Positions 23,566 through 35,416 of a stretch of DNA of 64,000 nt are shown here, one piece after another. The translations under genes were made by a program, and so were the position numbers. Under the pieces are notes generated by a model. It was not told the DNA's origin. It did no database searches and was given only the letters and a program-made list of their open reading frames with translations. Source of the stretch: Yuukianura sp. NJ FZ-2021 (Eukaryota); the NCBI GenBank assembly GCA_046563655.1, contig CM102288.1, positions 5,580,001-5,644,000 of the forward strand, read 5' to 3'. The first letter of the stretch is position 1. Every line of letters starts with the position of its first letter.

Positions 23566-25706
23566 TTAATATGAGCTCGGTTTTGTATCGTTGACTCGGC
23601 CCACTAAAGGTGCGCCCCATGGGCACCATTTGTTTCCTGGAAGGAAAGCTCCTCCCGCTTCGGCCAAGTGCTCCTCCAGGCCAGCCATGGACGCGTCACA
23701 CACTTCAACGGCCATGTCGGTGAAATGAACAGTTTTTGGATCTGGACGTTGTAAACAAAATTCAAATTAAGATCATTTTATCTCGCTGAAACACCGTAGA
23801 ACCTAAGGTTGTGGTGGTTTAAGCAGTGTTCCGAAGTGCTTTAAAGCAGATGCTCTGCTTGCTTGTTTTTTCTTTTAAAACGAACAGAAGCAAGCAGCGA
23901 CTTTCACACTTGCTGTTTTTAATAATTTGCTGTTTTTGAAAGATCAATTAATTAACCTTTTAAGGACAAATTCTTCGTTTTCTTAGATATAGCTGTCATA
24001 AACCAAATTTAGTTACAACATTTAACAAGCTTAAGGTGATTTTGGCGTATAACGCTTCAGTTCCAAATTAGTCGATTTCAGCCGCATTTCTTTCAGCGGC
24101 ATTCAAAGCAACTTTTTGCTTTTAAAGCATAAAATGCAAAAAAAAACTATTTACAGCAAATGCGAAGCATCGACTTTAAAAAACGCTTTTTACGGAACGC
24201 TGATTCCATCCCTCCAAAAAAAATTAGGTTTTTATGTGTTTCAATGAGGAAAAAAAAGATGGACGGAGGATTTTTGAAGAGGATAATTTGAGGAAGTACA
24301 GTGAGGCCTAGCTAAAAGTACACCCAAAAATCAGTAATTTGTTTGATTTCACAACTATGGAGGGCAAACGAGTGAAATAACAGGGGGCGGCAAAAATGCC
24401 TTAGCGACCAAAACCGATTCTTTATTTGTTTACAATTTCACTCACAGTGACGTCACTCCGAGTGAAAATACAGGTTCATCCGAGTTTTTAAGCTATTTTT
24501 AAGTTTGCGGCGAAAGTATTGAGACTAAAATGCTGAAAATTTTGAACAACACTGTAAATGAGTGAACTCGGAGTCAAAGAAATCCCATAGCAACTCAGTT
24601 TTGAAAAAACAATTTTCAACAACCGTACCTATAAGTATTCTATTTACCTTGGTGAAATAACGCAATTTTCGAAAAGTCCATCATAATGGATACTAAAGTT
24701 TCAAAATTTGAGTTAGTTTTCCCGTCGTGTTTACCTAAGTTTTAACTCGTTTCTATAGAAACAAAATAGAGGTGTACTCTTTTAGCTGGGCCTCTACTGT
24801 TCCGTTCATTTAACAAAATGTCAAAAAAAGCCAAATTGCGACAAAGACTTTGCTCCCATAAGAAAAGGAGTCTAAAGAAGATCCTCGCTCCCTCCCTGCT
24901 TCATTGAAAAAAGAAGGAAGTTCACTCCTGACACCTGACCTTTCCATCAACTCTCCGAAATTAGTGTTTGCGCGGCAAGCAGATGTTAAAATTCTTAAAT
25001 TATTGGACAAATTATTCCAGTAACAATGAAATACTACCATAAATCTGTATAAATTAAATCAAAATAGTAACACACTTTTGAAATTACTTTTAGCGTTGAT
25101 TTATTTGTGCGTCTAACAATTTAATCGTTGCAACATCTGCTTGCCGCGCAAACTCTAATTTCGGAAGTTTTTTGGAAAGGCCAGGTGTCCGTAAACTAGT
25201 TCCCTCTTTTCTCAGTGACGGAGGGAGGGAACGAGGATCTTTTTTGAGATATTTTTTTCTTATGGAGCAAAGCAATTATCGCAAATTTGGTTTTTTTTTA
25301 CATTTGTTAAATGAAAGGAACAGTATTCCGCAACTCCAACTAACTCAGAGTGCGATTCCGATTAAATTGCGGTGCGATTCAATTGGTGTCATACATTCCC
25401 ATGGCACATCATATTCCAATTCGTATGAAATAAAAAAAACTGTACAAAACGAAGTGTTTTACCAAAATGGTAACTCCAATCGGGATTATATGGAGCCTTC
25501 GTTTTGCAGATTATACCAATAGCAATCTTCCTTTTCTTCCCCATACGAATGAATTCGTCCGCTTCCCTAACAACTTCGGGATCATCCACTTTTACAATGA
25601 ACTTGTTCTCCTTAACTACGATGTCTTGCAGCAAAAATAAGTCGTCGCACATAACCTCTCCGGCTACGATGAGTCCCAGCATTGTAGCGACAACGAATCC
25701 CCTCAT
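23566..25706 (-). CDS. Small secreted BP74-like protein, 2 exons (25706-25463, 23741-23566), 139 aa
   Basis: Spliced [31 protein letters not shown]...[20 protein letters not shown]...[73 protein letters not shown] sites join in frame (244+176=420 nt); motifs recalled from the microbial BP74 N-terminal family. Confidence 0.78.
23824..24202. mobile_element. MITE-like element in the BP74-like intron
   Basis: Short imperfect TIRs cagtgttccg / cggaacgctg, internal aagc/gctt subterminal motifs; no TSD found. Confidence 0.35.
24297..24799. mobile_element. Tc1/mariner-type MITE, copy 1
   Basis: TA-cagtgaggcctagctaaaagtacacc ... ggtgtactcttttagctgggcctc; shares termini and internal sequence with the copy at 26673-26899. 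Confidence 0.75.
24795..25325. mobile_element. Foldback/MITE with ~200-bp imperfect inverted arms
   Basis: TA-ctgttcc...ggaacag-TA ends; 24795-~25010 is the diverged reverse complement of ~25110-25325 (shared gtttgcgcggcaagcagatgtt and agatcctcg). Confidence 0.72.
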
Positions 25707-26672
25707 TCTGATAATTTGTTTCAATTTGTCAAAGCTACAATATGACGCAAAATTTTATTTCAGAGAAATATCGGTAGCATTTACCACCTTTCAGAACTTT
25801 TTTATTGACTGATGTCGGAAGCGGGATGTCTATCGGAAACGTTTTTTTTTCGAAATTCTGAAACAAAGCTTGTATTGAATAGGCAATACGTACTAAAAGT
25901 AAGGTCAACCGACGCCACTCGTTTGAATCCTGTTTGCGTCGGCAATTGATTAACTTCACATTGAATGCAAGGTCTTTTGAATTATTTTTTTTTACAAGGT
26001 TGCGAACTTCCTCGGTATTTTTGAATATTAAAAAAGGTACAGAAAATGCAAAGCATGAGACAATCAAAATTTATTGAAAAGAGTAACTGTTAAAAAAGTA
26101 AGTTTAATTTGAAGTTTGACTTGAACCTAACGGGGGTCTGAGCTGAAAAACAATCAGTTAACGACAAGTTCCCCCGTTCCTCGCACAAAGAATTTCCAAA
26201 TTACAACTTTGTTCTACAAAAAACGTTTTCAGAAAAATAGTTTCTCAAAAAAAACCTTTTCAGAAAAATACGGCACAAGAAAAGGTTTCGTTTTTCGCAA
26301 AATAAACAAAGAACTATAAATTTTACGAAGCTAACTAATCTAAGGGACTGTGAAACACTTTTGTTTTAAAACTTATTCTTAGAAAAACTATTAAATTACT
26401 GTATTAAAACTGCTTTATCTAAAAACCTTTGCCTTAAGAATTTTAGGACAAACTTTAGGCATTAGCAGTTTTTGAGTCGCGGGCGCTAATTTTTTCGGCT
26501 GTTGAGCGGTGCAGCGGCTATTGAAGTAGGTCTTGTGAAATTATTTCTAAATTGTAAATTAAAAATTAAATTAATTTTTTTAATTATTTATTAAATAATA
26601 TCATTAAATAAATTAAATTAATTAATTAATTAATGATATGTTAGAAAAAAATTTCACAATTTCTGGAGAAAG

Positions 26673-26899
26673 TACAGTGAGGCCCAGCTAAAAGAGTATA
26701 CAAAAAATTCAGTAATTTGTTTGATTTCGCAACCATGGAGGGAAAACGAGTGAAATAACGCGATTTGCGAAGCGTCCATCATAATGGTGAACTAAAGTTT
26801 CAAAATTCGAGTTAGTTTTCCCCCCGTGTTTACCTAAGTTTTAACTCGTTTCTATGGAAACGAAATAGGGGTGTACTCTTTTAGCTGGGCCTCACTGTA
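26673..26899. mobile_element. Tc1/mariner-type MITE, copy 2 (shorter)
   Basis: TA-cagtgaggcccagctaaaagagta ... tactcttttagctgggcctcactg-TA: perfect TIRs with TA duplication. Confidence 0.82.
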
Positions 26900-28721
26900 T
26901 ATTGCCAATAACCACAATCTTTGTACATTTTTCTCTACTATAAAAATCTTTCTTCATGAAACTGTTTTTAGTGACTGCTTCTTTCCGTATTAACATTTTT
27001 AATAGAAGCATACTTCCTCCCGTTTAGACATATAACACAATTTGCACTTGAAATTTTACAAAGTGGGTCTTTAAGTTACTATTACAAAGATTAATATATT
27101 ACATGTATTTATAACTTTATATTATTATAATCATGTTCCACAGGAAGGTAGCCATCGTTAAATAATTAGTAGAGAACCAGTTTGAGGTTACTTCTGGTCT
27201 TGGTCTTGACAACTTCCTTCAAAGGATGCATCAAAAACGTAATCACGTTTTTGATTTACAGCACCTTCGCCTTGTGTTGAATGCAAAATTTATTCAAGCA
27301 TCCTGTTGGATTGCAGTTACTTTTGACTTAGACATTAAAAAATGTGCTTAATTTCAAATTTACCGGCATTCCTCCTTCCTAACCAACAGAAATTGAAGGT
27401 TATTGCACAAGTCAATGTTTAAGCCTTTGTTTCGAAGGAGAAAAGACTGGGAAGATGGGGATGGGATATCCCAGGAGACGCACTTTGGGGTTGAAAGAAG
27501 GTGCTCATTTCCTAATCCCAGGTCAAATCTTGGTACTACACAATGCAAATACAACAGTTTCATCTCACAACACTTATTTTGAAGAAAGAATCAGCAATTG
27601 GTCAGACTCAGAAGCCAAGTGGAGAAATTTCTACGACATTGGAATTTTCAAGACCTTTGGAACAATTCTGTTTCTTCATAGAAACAACTTTTCTAAAAAT
27701 GATTCAGTTTCAATTTTACTTTGCCGCGTGACACAACAATAATAACGTGGAATTGACATACTGAAAAAGTGATTCCTCAAATTTTTGGGCATCAGTATTT
27801 GAAAACTGTTGTCTCAATTGACATTTTTTGACGATCATCAACTTCATTCCAGTTGTGAGATTTTTAAAAGCTGATTTGTCCTTTCGCGAAATCGCGTTAT
27901 TGTAACAAACAGTATGAGACGCCGGCGTGCAGATTCGATTGAAAGGTATGGACTTCCGTTTTCACATAAAATTTTATCATTTTTTTTAAGTATGAAGCCA
28001 TAGAATGCTTTGAAAAAAAAATGAAAACACTATGCGTAAGATCCAAGTCGCACATGGCACGTTGCAAATTTTGAAAAAAAAAGTTGAAAAAACTGAATAG
28101 CTGGAGAAATAAACCACTGTTGTGAAATTTTAAGTACAAAAAAGAATACGAGATGTTTAGAAAAGTTTCCCCTCAAATTATTTCAAATTTACATGTTTCA
28201 CATTTAAATTCAATGGCGGGAAGAGTGACGACGATTTGAAACACCCGCGTTGTAATGTGCTCAGCGTACAACTAGAATCTATTTAAAAAATTTCAGTAAA
28301 AGTTTTTCAGAATCACACTAAACCAACTTAGTAAAATAATCCTAATTAAATACATTTTTTGGCACAAACTAATTGCCGTTTTTTCCTGTTTTCAAAATGT
28401 CAAAGAACGTTGTGTTGGTGGTAATTCAGCGGATACTGGTGATTTATTTGTATGACGTGGGAGACAAGAAGTTGTAAAGATGCAACTTAAAGTTAAATCA
28501 CATCCGGTGTGATTTGTTGCATTAATGTCAGTGTTGTAATACCTTTGAAGGTGGAATGGGCGTGGCTTAAGGGTGGAAACACATTGATACTTTAAGTTTT
28601 TGGCAAATATTGAATAATCCTCAGCTCAAAAGTGAAAGTCATGTCAATCCGCCCTTACAGAATCATTAGAAATTTCCCACTCCCTTCGTGCTCAATTTGT
28701 ATTCGTGTGTTGTTGTTTACA

Positions 28722-31700
28722 GGAAGGGCAGGGGGGCCTTGAGCCTAATTTTAGTCCTTTCCCTCTCCCTGCACGTAGCCACTGGACATGAAAACACCAC
28801 TTCAGAACAAACTTTGCACGACCTTGGACTCCTTTCACTTTCAAATTTCCAAAATCAAAATCTTCAAAACAAAACGGAAACTCTCAAGGTCACTTCTTCC
28901 CAGGCCATTTTTAGTTTTATACACAACAGATTTCAGCTTCCGGAAGGCAAAACAACGGAGGACCATGAATATCAAAATGGTAAGCATGAATTTTCTACTT
29001 TTAAAACGACACGGAAAATACATTCTTGAAAACAGAAAGAGTGTCTATAATCGAACGGCCGGAAATGATATAACCTATAAATATGATATTATGTAATAAA
29101 ATAATTCGTTTTGGACTAATAGAAAATGCAGCATCTCAGAATTCTGAAGCTTCTCACCCCGCTTTGGATGAAACTCATAAGGATGACATTGTGTAAGATC
29201 TAAAAATTTGTAATAAGTGTTTAAAAATTAATAAATTTGCAACAATTTCAAATCAGTTTGAAATGAAATCGTATTTTAACTAAAGAAAAAAAAATACATT
29301 TTTTACCTAGCAACCTGCCCTCTTTCATATTCTCCGAAGTGCTTCTTGTTTTCATTTTGGATAAAAACTTTGAATTTTCCGCTTTTTTTTAGGCCGGATG
29401 CAGACTTATTTGAATTTCCGGAAAAATTTCTGCAGACTACTTTTCAAATAGGAGAGCAAGGCTGGTTGACCCGTCAGAAAAGAATTGAAGATCTTTGGCT
29501 TCACAGTACAAACTTTCACATGAAAAAATATCCGCCTTGGATTTTGTTTTAGAAATTTTACATATTTTGGTTTTTCATTTTAGATGAGGGAGCTGATCCG
29601 AAGTCGTCGCTAGGAACAGCATTTGCTTTCAACGCTCCGAATGCGCAGTCGCTCCTTCTGTCCAACGCTTCCATTTTGCTTGAGTTTGCATCTAAAGCTC
29701 TTCTGAAAGAACTTAACGACGTTGCGTCTACTCCCAATTTAAGCACTTCGGATGCTCCCGCCAACACAAGGAAGAAAAGACTCATCAACTTTTTTCCCAA
29801 CGTTCCAAATAAAATGGCTCCGTCATCACTTACTAGAGTCGACATCACACCGTTTGTTCCAGCACATGAATACAGTAAGATTCTACAAAGAAAGCTATGT
29901 CGTAATGTCGTAACATGAAATTTCATGAGTTTTATCACATTAATCAAGTGTTACAAAAAGAGTATGCTGCAGTTACGTTAAGTCTTTACTTGAGTCGCAG
30001 TTGCATAAATCACAGCAAAATATGTTAAGTAGATTTGTCAAATTTGCATAAGACCCCGGTAATACGTACGTCAGATTTACATAAGTTTGGTATGTGAGTA
30101 AAGTCACACAAATATTTAAGGTGCATGCGCATATATGTACGTCACATTTTCATACGTTGTGGTTAGAGAAGTTGGAGCAACATAGGTTACATTTACACAA
30201 ATTGGGATTAGACAAGTTCCTTCTCGTTACATAAGTTGCATAACTCACAACAGGGTACAAATACATCACTTTTGAATTATATACTTTGTTGTAACTTGCA
30301 GTTGCCAAATGTGGAGTAACCGAGGAGTCGACTAGCTGTGATGCTGGGCAGCGATATCGCACTTATTCCGGATGGTGTAACAATTTACGACATCCGGCAT
30401 GGGCAAAATCAGTAACTACTTTTGATCGCATGTTACCTCCAGTGTATGACGACGGTATTTCCAGTCCTAAGCAACGGTCAGCTACAGGTCGAGCACTGCC
30501 ATCTCCACGCTATGTTTCGTCAATGGTACATGTAGATGTATCACACCTCAGTCAGAGACACACCCTAATGTTCATGCAGTAAGTCAAAATTTACATTTTT
30601 CACACTTTTGTACATAAAAAAATACGTAACGGACGGACAGACAGACAGGCATGGAACCAGAATGCAGCTTTCGATACTGAATAAGTAAAAAAATTCAATT
30701 TTTCCGCGCACATTTTTTACGAATTTTCTCACTTTTTTCAGATATGCTCAATTCTTGGATCACGATATCACTTTTACGCCCGTGAACAAAGGACCAGGAG
30801 ACAGAATTCTGAATTGCCGTGACTGTGACAGTCCACGTAAAGTTCATCCAGAATGTTGGCCAATTGCAGTTCCCGCCACAGATTCGTATTACCCTGCCCA
30901 GGCAGCATATGCTTCCGGAAAAAGCTACTGCATTCCATTCACAAGAAGTTTAGCTGGACAAGTGACTCTTGGCCCACGTCAGCAAATTAATCAAAACTCG
31001 GCTTACTTGGACAGCAGTCAAATCTACGGAGAGAACTACTGCAAGTCAATGTCGCTGCGTAGTGGCAGAGGACTGCTCAATGTCACCCAGAATGCAGCCA
31101 CTGGCGGGAAGATCCTGATGCCACAGGTACACAGTCGCGAGTAGACACAAAAAATTGAGCAAAACTTACACTCTACGTTTCCTTTTGGTTGAGATAAAGT
31201 TGATGTGTATCCGTCGTAACCATACGGTGTGGTAATTTTTTTTGCCAATGAGGTAATCTGGCGGTTACAAATTTAGATAAAAGACCAAAGAAACAAAGTG
31301 CATGTCTTATGGTATAATCGATAAAACTCTAGCTAAAAAGTGGGTACCCATCAACACTGATTTTAACTATTTCTTAGTTGGTGTTTACAAAAATTGTTGC
31401 TGTGGTTAAACTCCACTCCAGTGGGTACAACCGATGCACTTCCAACTTACGCCTTCAATAAGTTTAAATTATATTTCCCGCTCAAATTTTTTTGTTGTAT
31501 TTTTGCCAGGTGACACAGATGAAGGAATGCCGCTCACCTTCTGGATACTGTTTCTATGCCGGAGACACGAGAGCCAGCGAACAGCCAGCTCTAGCAGCCG
31601 TACACACCGTTTTCTTACGCGAACACAACCGAATCGCTGCAAATCTCCACATCGTAAATCCACATTGGTCAGATGAGAAGCTGTATCAAGAAGCACGAAG

Positions 31701-33458
31701 GATCCTTACAGCAATGGGCCAACATGTTGCCTACTCCGAGTTCCTTCCACGCCTCATCGGACTGAGTCGAGTCAATTCGTATGGACTTCAGCTGCAAAAC
31801 GAGGGATACTACGCAGGATATGACGCAAACTGTGCTGCGACGGCATACAACGAATTCGCTGCTGCAGCTTTCCGTTTTGGCCATAGTCTCATTCGTCCGA
31901 ATTTAGCTCGAATGGACGATCGGTACAACGGTATGAACCCACATATTTCACTGCGAAATGGATTTTTCGATTCCGACATGCTTTATAAGGTATGCACATC
32001 CTTACATTCGTTGTTGTTACATAAATTACATTTACATAAGTTATGACTACATAAAGTTGTAAATAATTACATCAATAGAATTGTTGATATGTTTAGTCTT
32101 TGATGGTGGACGAGATTCTGCGCGGACTTTTGGCGGAGCCAATGGAACAGATGGATCCTTTCATTACTAAAGAAATTACAAATCATCTTTTTGAGGATAA
32201 GAAACGATCGTTTAGCGGAATGGACTTGATTGCACTCAATCTCCAACGTGGGCGGGATCATGGACTGCAAGGATACAATGCATACAGAGCTGCTTGTGGT
32301 ATGACCAGAGTACGAGACTTCCAGGAACTGCAAACAGAGATACCCACCGATGTCATCACAAGACTTCAAATGGTAAGTTAAAAATCAACATGTCTATCAC
32401 TAATACAAGTACTATGGCATATTATATTCTATCATGTGTTACGTTTTGTCACGAAACGTTTTTGTGTCGATGTAGGTGTATGCCCATGTAGATGACATTG
32501 ACCTGTTCACTGGGTCAATCGTGGAGAGACCAGTTTCAGGTGGAATCGTGGGACCTACCATGGCATGTATAATTGGAAACCAATTCAAAAGACTTCGTCA
32601 ATGTGATCGATTTTGGTACGAAACGAATGATCCCCTTTTGCAATTCACGCCACAACAACTTGCTGAAATCCGGAAAGCAACACTATCAAAAATCATTTGT
32701 GAAAATTTTGACATGGCTTCGGAAATTCAAAAATCCGCCTTCGATGCACCGCATAATTTTCTGTAAGTGAATTCCGATTTCGTACTAAGGATTCCGATAA
32801 TCGATTTTCTGAAGTAATCGAAAGAAATTGTAATAGATTTCCCGATTCTTTTTTTGTTTGTTTAGCAATCCACGTCTTCCCTGTAATAAACTTCCAACTA
32901 TGAATTTCGAAGCGTGGCGAGAGAACCCTGCCAGCACTGGATCTTATGGAACTGGCGGATGCAAAATCGGATCTCGGTTTGTCGGAGTCGGAGAATCTGG
33001 CCTATCCTCACCGTGCGTTTCCTGCATTTGTACACTGGAAGGGGTAAGTCAAGCTAATGACCTTTGACCATTTGAATTGACATTTGTGTGATTAACGACA
33101 AGTAATCGTAATTGACGTTGACAACTAATTGCAAACGGACTCTGTAAATAGTCATCATACCCGCAGTCCCAGTCCGGTCCCTAATGTTTTTTGGTTTCAG
33201 ACAAAGTGCACCTCACTGAGAATCACGAGCTGCTCTCGCCTGGCAGCCGAAGCAAAACTCGAAGAAATTATGAATGATTCTGTTTGTACTTCCCAATGCG
33301 GTGGTTGGATACAGAAGAACACTGCGAGCAAACACAATGACCACAGACTGCAAGTACTTCAACCTCCTGCTCCATACACCTCAGCAGCACTAACACCAAG
33401 ACAGAGCAGAGCCAATATCTTTCAGAGACTACTTGGAGCTTACGCTGGACGAAGTTGA
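28722..33458 (+). CDS. Secreted animal heme peroxidase (peroxidase-cyclooxygenase superfamily), multi-exon; first exon uncertain
   Basis: YRTYSGWCNNL, LPSPRYVS, distal FMQ|YAQFLDHDI, GPRQQINQNSAYLDSSQIYG, GDTRASEQ (distal Arg), FLREHNRIA, AAFRFGHSLI (proximal His), LNLQRGRDHGL, DIDLFTG, CDRFWYE; Cys-rich tail SPCVSCICTLEG. Confidence 0.92.
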
Positions 33459-33647
33459 AGTCGAGACGGGTTTCTACCAATCAGATGAGAGAAAAAGACA
33501 AAATCAATTGAATTGATTCTTTCTTACTTTTTTACTGTTAGTTTTAGAGTGTTAGAGCGAAAAATATTTAGTGCAATTATTTTTATAATGAAATCTTGAT
33601 TCTTGAATGTTTCCAATTGTATAAACTTTACTTACGAAAACTGTAAA

Positions 33648-34295
33648 CTACCGTTTCTGGTCTCCAAGATCGTGAATACAGTCTTCGTCGACTTCGGGCC
33701 ACTTTTCTGGAAGGACGTCGAACAAATCGTCCTTAACATCTCCCTGGATAATTATTTCGTCTTCACCAGTCACAGAAGCACCACATGCAAAACGACTTGA
33801 CAGGAACTTAGCAGCAACTTTTAGGTCAATTCCAAATGTTCCTAGGCCAACCACCACTGTGACTGATTTCTTCTTCCCGCGTGGAGCACGGGACAGGGAT
33901 ATCTTCTTCGGGCCAGTTTTTCCAGCAGGTTTCTTAGATTTGACAAGCCCCTTGCCACCGCGTTTCTGTCTTCCTTTTTTCTCTTCTCCACCGCTGTCAC
34001 AGAGGCCTAAAGCTCCTAACTCCTTGGGCATGTTGGACTCTAGCCATTTTCGACAGTTGTCGTAGTCTGGGAAGTATTCGCAGTATTCTGGAGGAAGCCC
34101 GCAGTTTCCACAGTATACAACTTTGAGAGGATAAGAAATCGGAACAGGGGGTTCATCTTCTTCAGTGTCAATAACCGTGGCAGCAGCAGCAGCAGCTGAT
34201 AAGGCTTCTTCATCTTGTTCCCCACTGAGTACGTCAGTTGTCTCAATGTCCGGATCTTCGCTGGTCGTTGTCTTCTCATTCCCGTCTGGATTCAT
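33648..34295 (-). CDS. DENR: Density-regulated protein (translation reinitiation factor, SUI1 domain)
   Basis: [20 protein letters not shown] zinc motif, [47 protein letters not shown]. Confidence 0.95.
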   Translation of the reverse strand: MNPDGNEKTTTSEDPDIETTDVLSGEQDEEALSAAAAAATVIDTEEDEPPVPISYPLKVVYCGNCGLPPEYCEYFPDYDNCRKWLESNMPKELGALGLCDSGGEEKKGRQKRGGKGLVKSKKPAGKTGPKKISLSRAPRGKKKSVTVVVGLGTFGIDLKVAAKFLSSRFACGASVTGEDEIIIQGDVKDDLFDVLPEKWPEVDEDCIHDLGDQKR

Positions 34296-35416
34296 AGTGT
34301 GAACTAAAATAGTAAATAGAAATAAAAATATATTAACATTTCTGACTTAAGCTCTGTCCGTAAGAAAATCAGTGAAGGGGCATTTTGCATGTAAGCTCCC
34401 TCCATCGTATTCAATCTTTCCGGCTGTACTACATACTGCTATATGTGTCAATTCTTTGAAATGAAAATCAACTTTACCTGGCGACTTTCTGTTTTCCTAC
34501 TGAAATTGCTTTGATCTGGTTTGATCCGAATACCTCGCATGCAATGTCGTGAAGATATAATAATCGATCCTTACTCTCGTGTTTCGCGATCTCGGCGGTA
34601 TGATGATGATGAACCTCGAAATTTCAATGTGATCAGAACAAAATCAACAACAGCAACTTATGGTTTACAGATTTATCAAATCCAAAATCACATCTGACCT
34701 TTTTAAAAAAAATTTGCCCGGGGTACAGTATTCCTAGGAAAAGTCAGAAACTGCTGAATAGGAAAACTCGGTTGACGAAACGAGTACAAATCGCAAGTGT
34801 ACTCGCAGATGTTAATCACTCCTAACTATTTTGTTGTGGTTACAATAGTTGACTACGTGTAACTGTAAAGTCTCAAGTAATGTACCCCATTTAATCTTAA
34901 GGGTCAACCTATGTTGCCACTCATTGCAGCCACCGAGTGGCTACACTTTAGAGATTACAACTACTGCGTTCGTTAAACCTCACCCCGCCTGAGAACTCTG
35001 AAATGGGACTTGCCGAGGTGCGTCTGCGTTATTAAAGGGAAGTCCTGAAATTTTATAAAACAAAAACGAAACATTCATTTGAAATTGCCTAATAAAAGTG
35101 CTAATACGCTGTTTACTTGGATAACAATTCCTCCAAACACGACTGCTGCCCCGTAGATTTGTTTTAATGTATAAACGACCTTGGTATCTGCGCTGTGTGG
35201 TTACGACGCATGCAACATTTGGGCAAGTCAACCGGCGTTTGTTTATTTTTGTTTTTGTGGTTTACTTTAGTTCAGTTGAACTTAACGTAACGTGAACGTA
35301 ACGTGGATTTCTTAGAACACCGATTAATCAAGTCTTTACTTGCGAGCAATTAAGTTCAGTTTCAGTCCAGTTTCTGAGGAGATGTTCTGAAAATTCGTGA
35401 AGACAATCATTCGAAG

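Noticed and set aside
24810..25522. Similar short ORFs on opposite strands (ERxGVR...GRERGS)
   Set aside because: By-product of the inverted arms of a non-coding foldback element
21786..25706. Bacterial contamination as the explanation for the microbial-type genes
   Set aside because: Both genes have canonical spliceosomal introns, one intron carries MITEs also seen in flanking DNA, and the region is contiguous with animal genes
27180..27742. Possible decayed N-terminal fragment of another IR-like gene (ORF 27455-27742)
   Set aside because: No TM or ligand-channel motifs and no supportable gene structure
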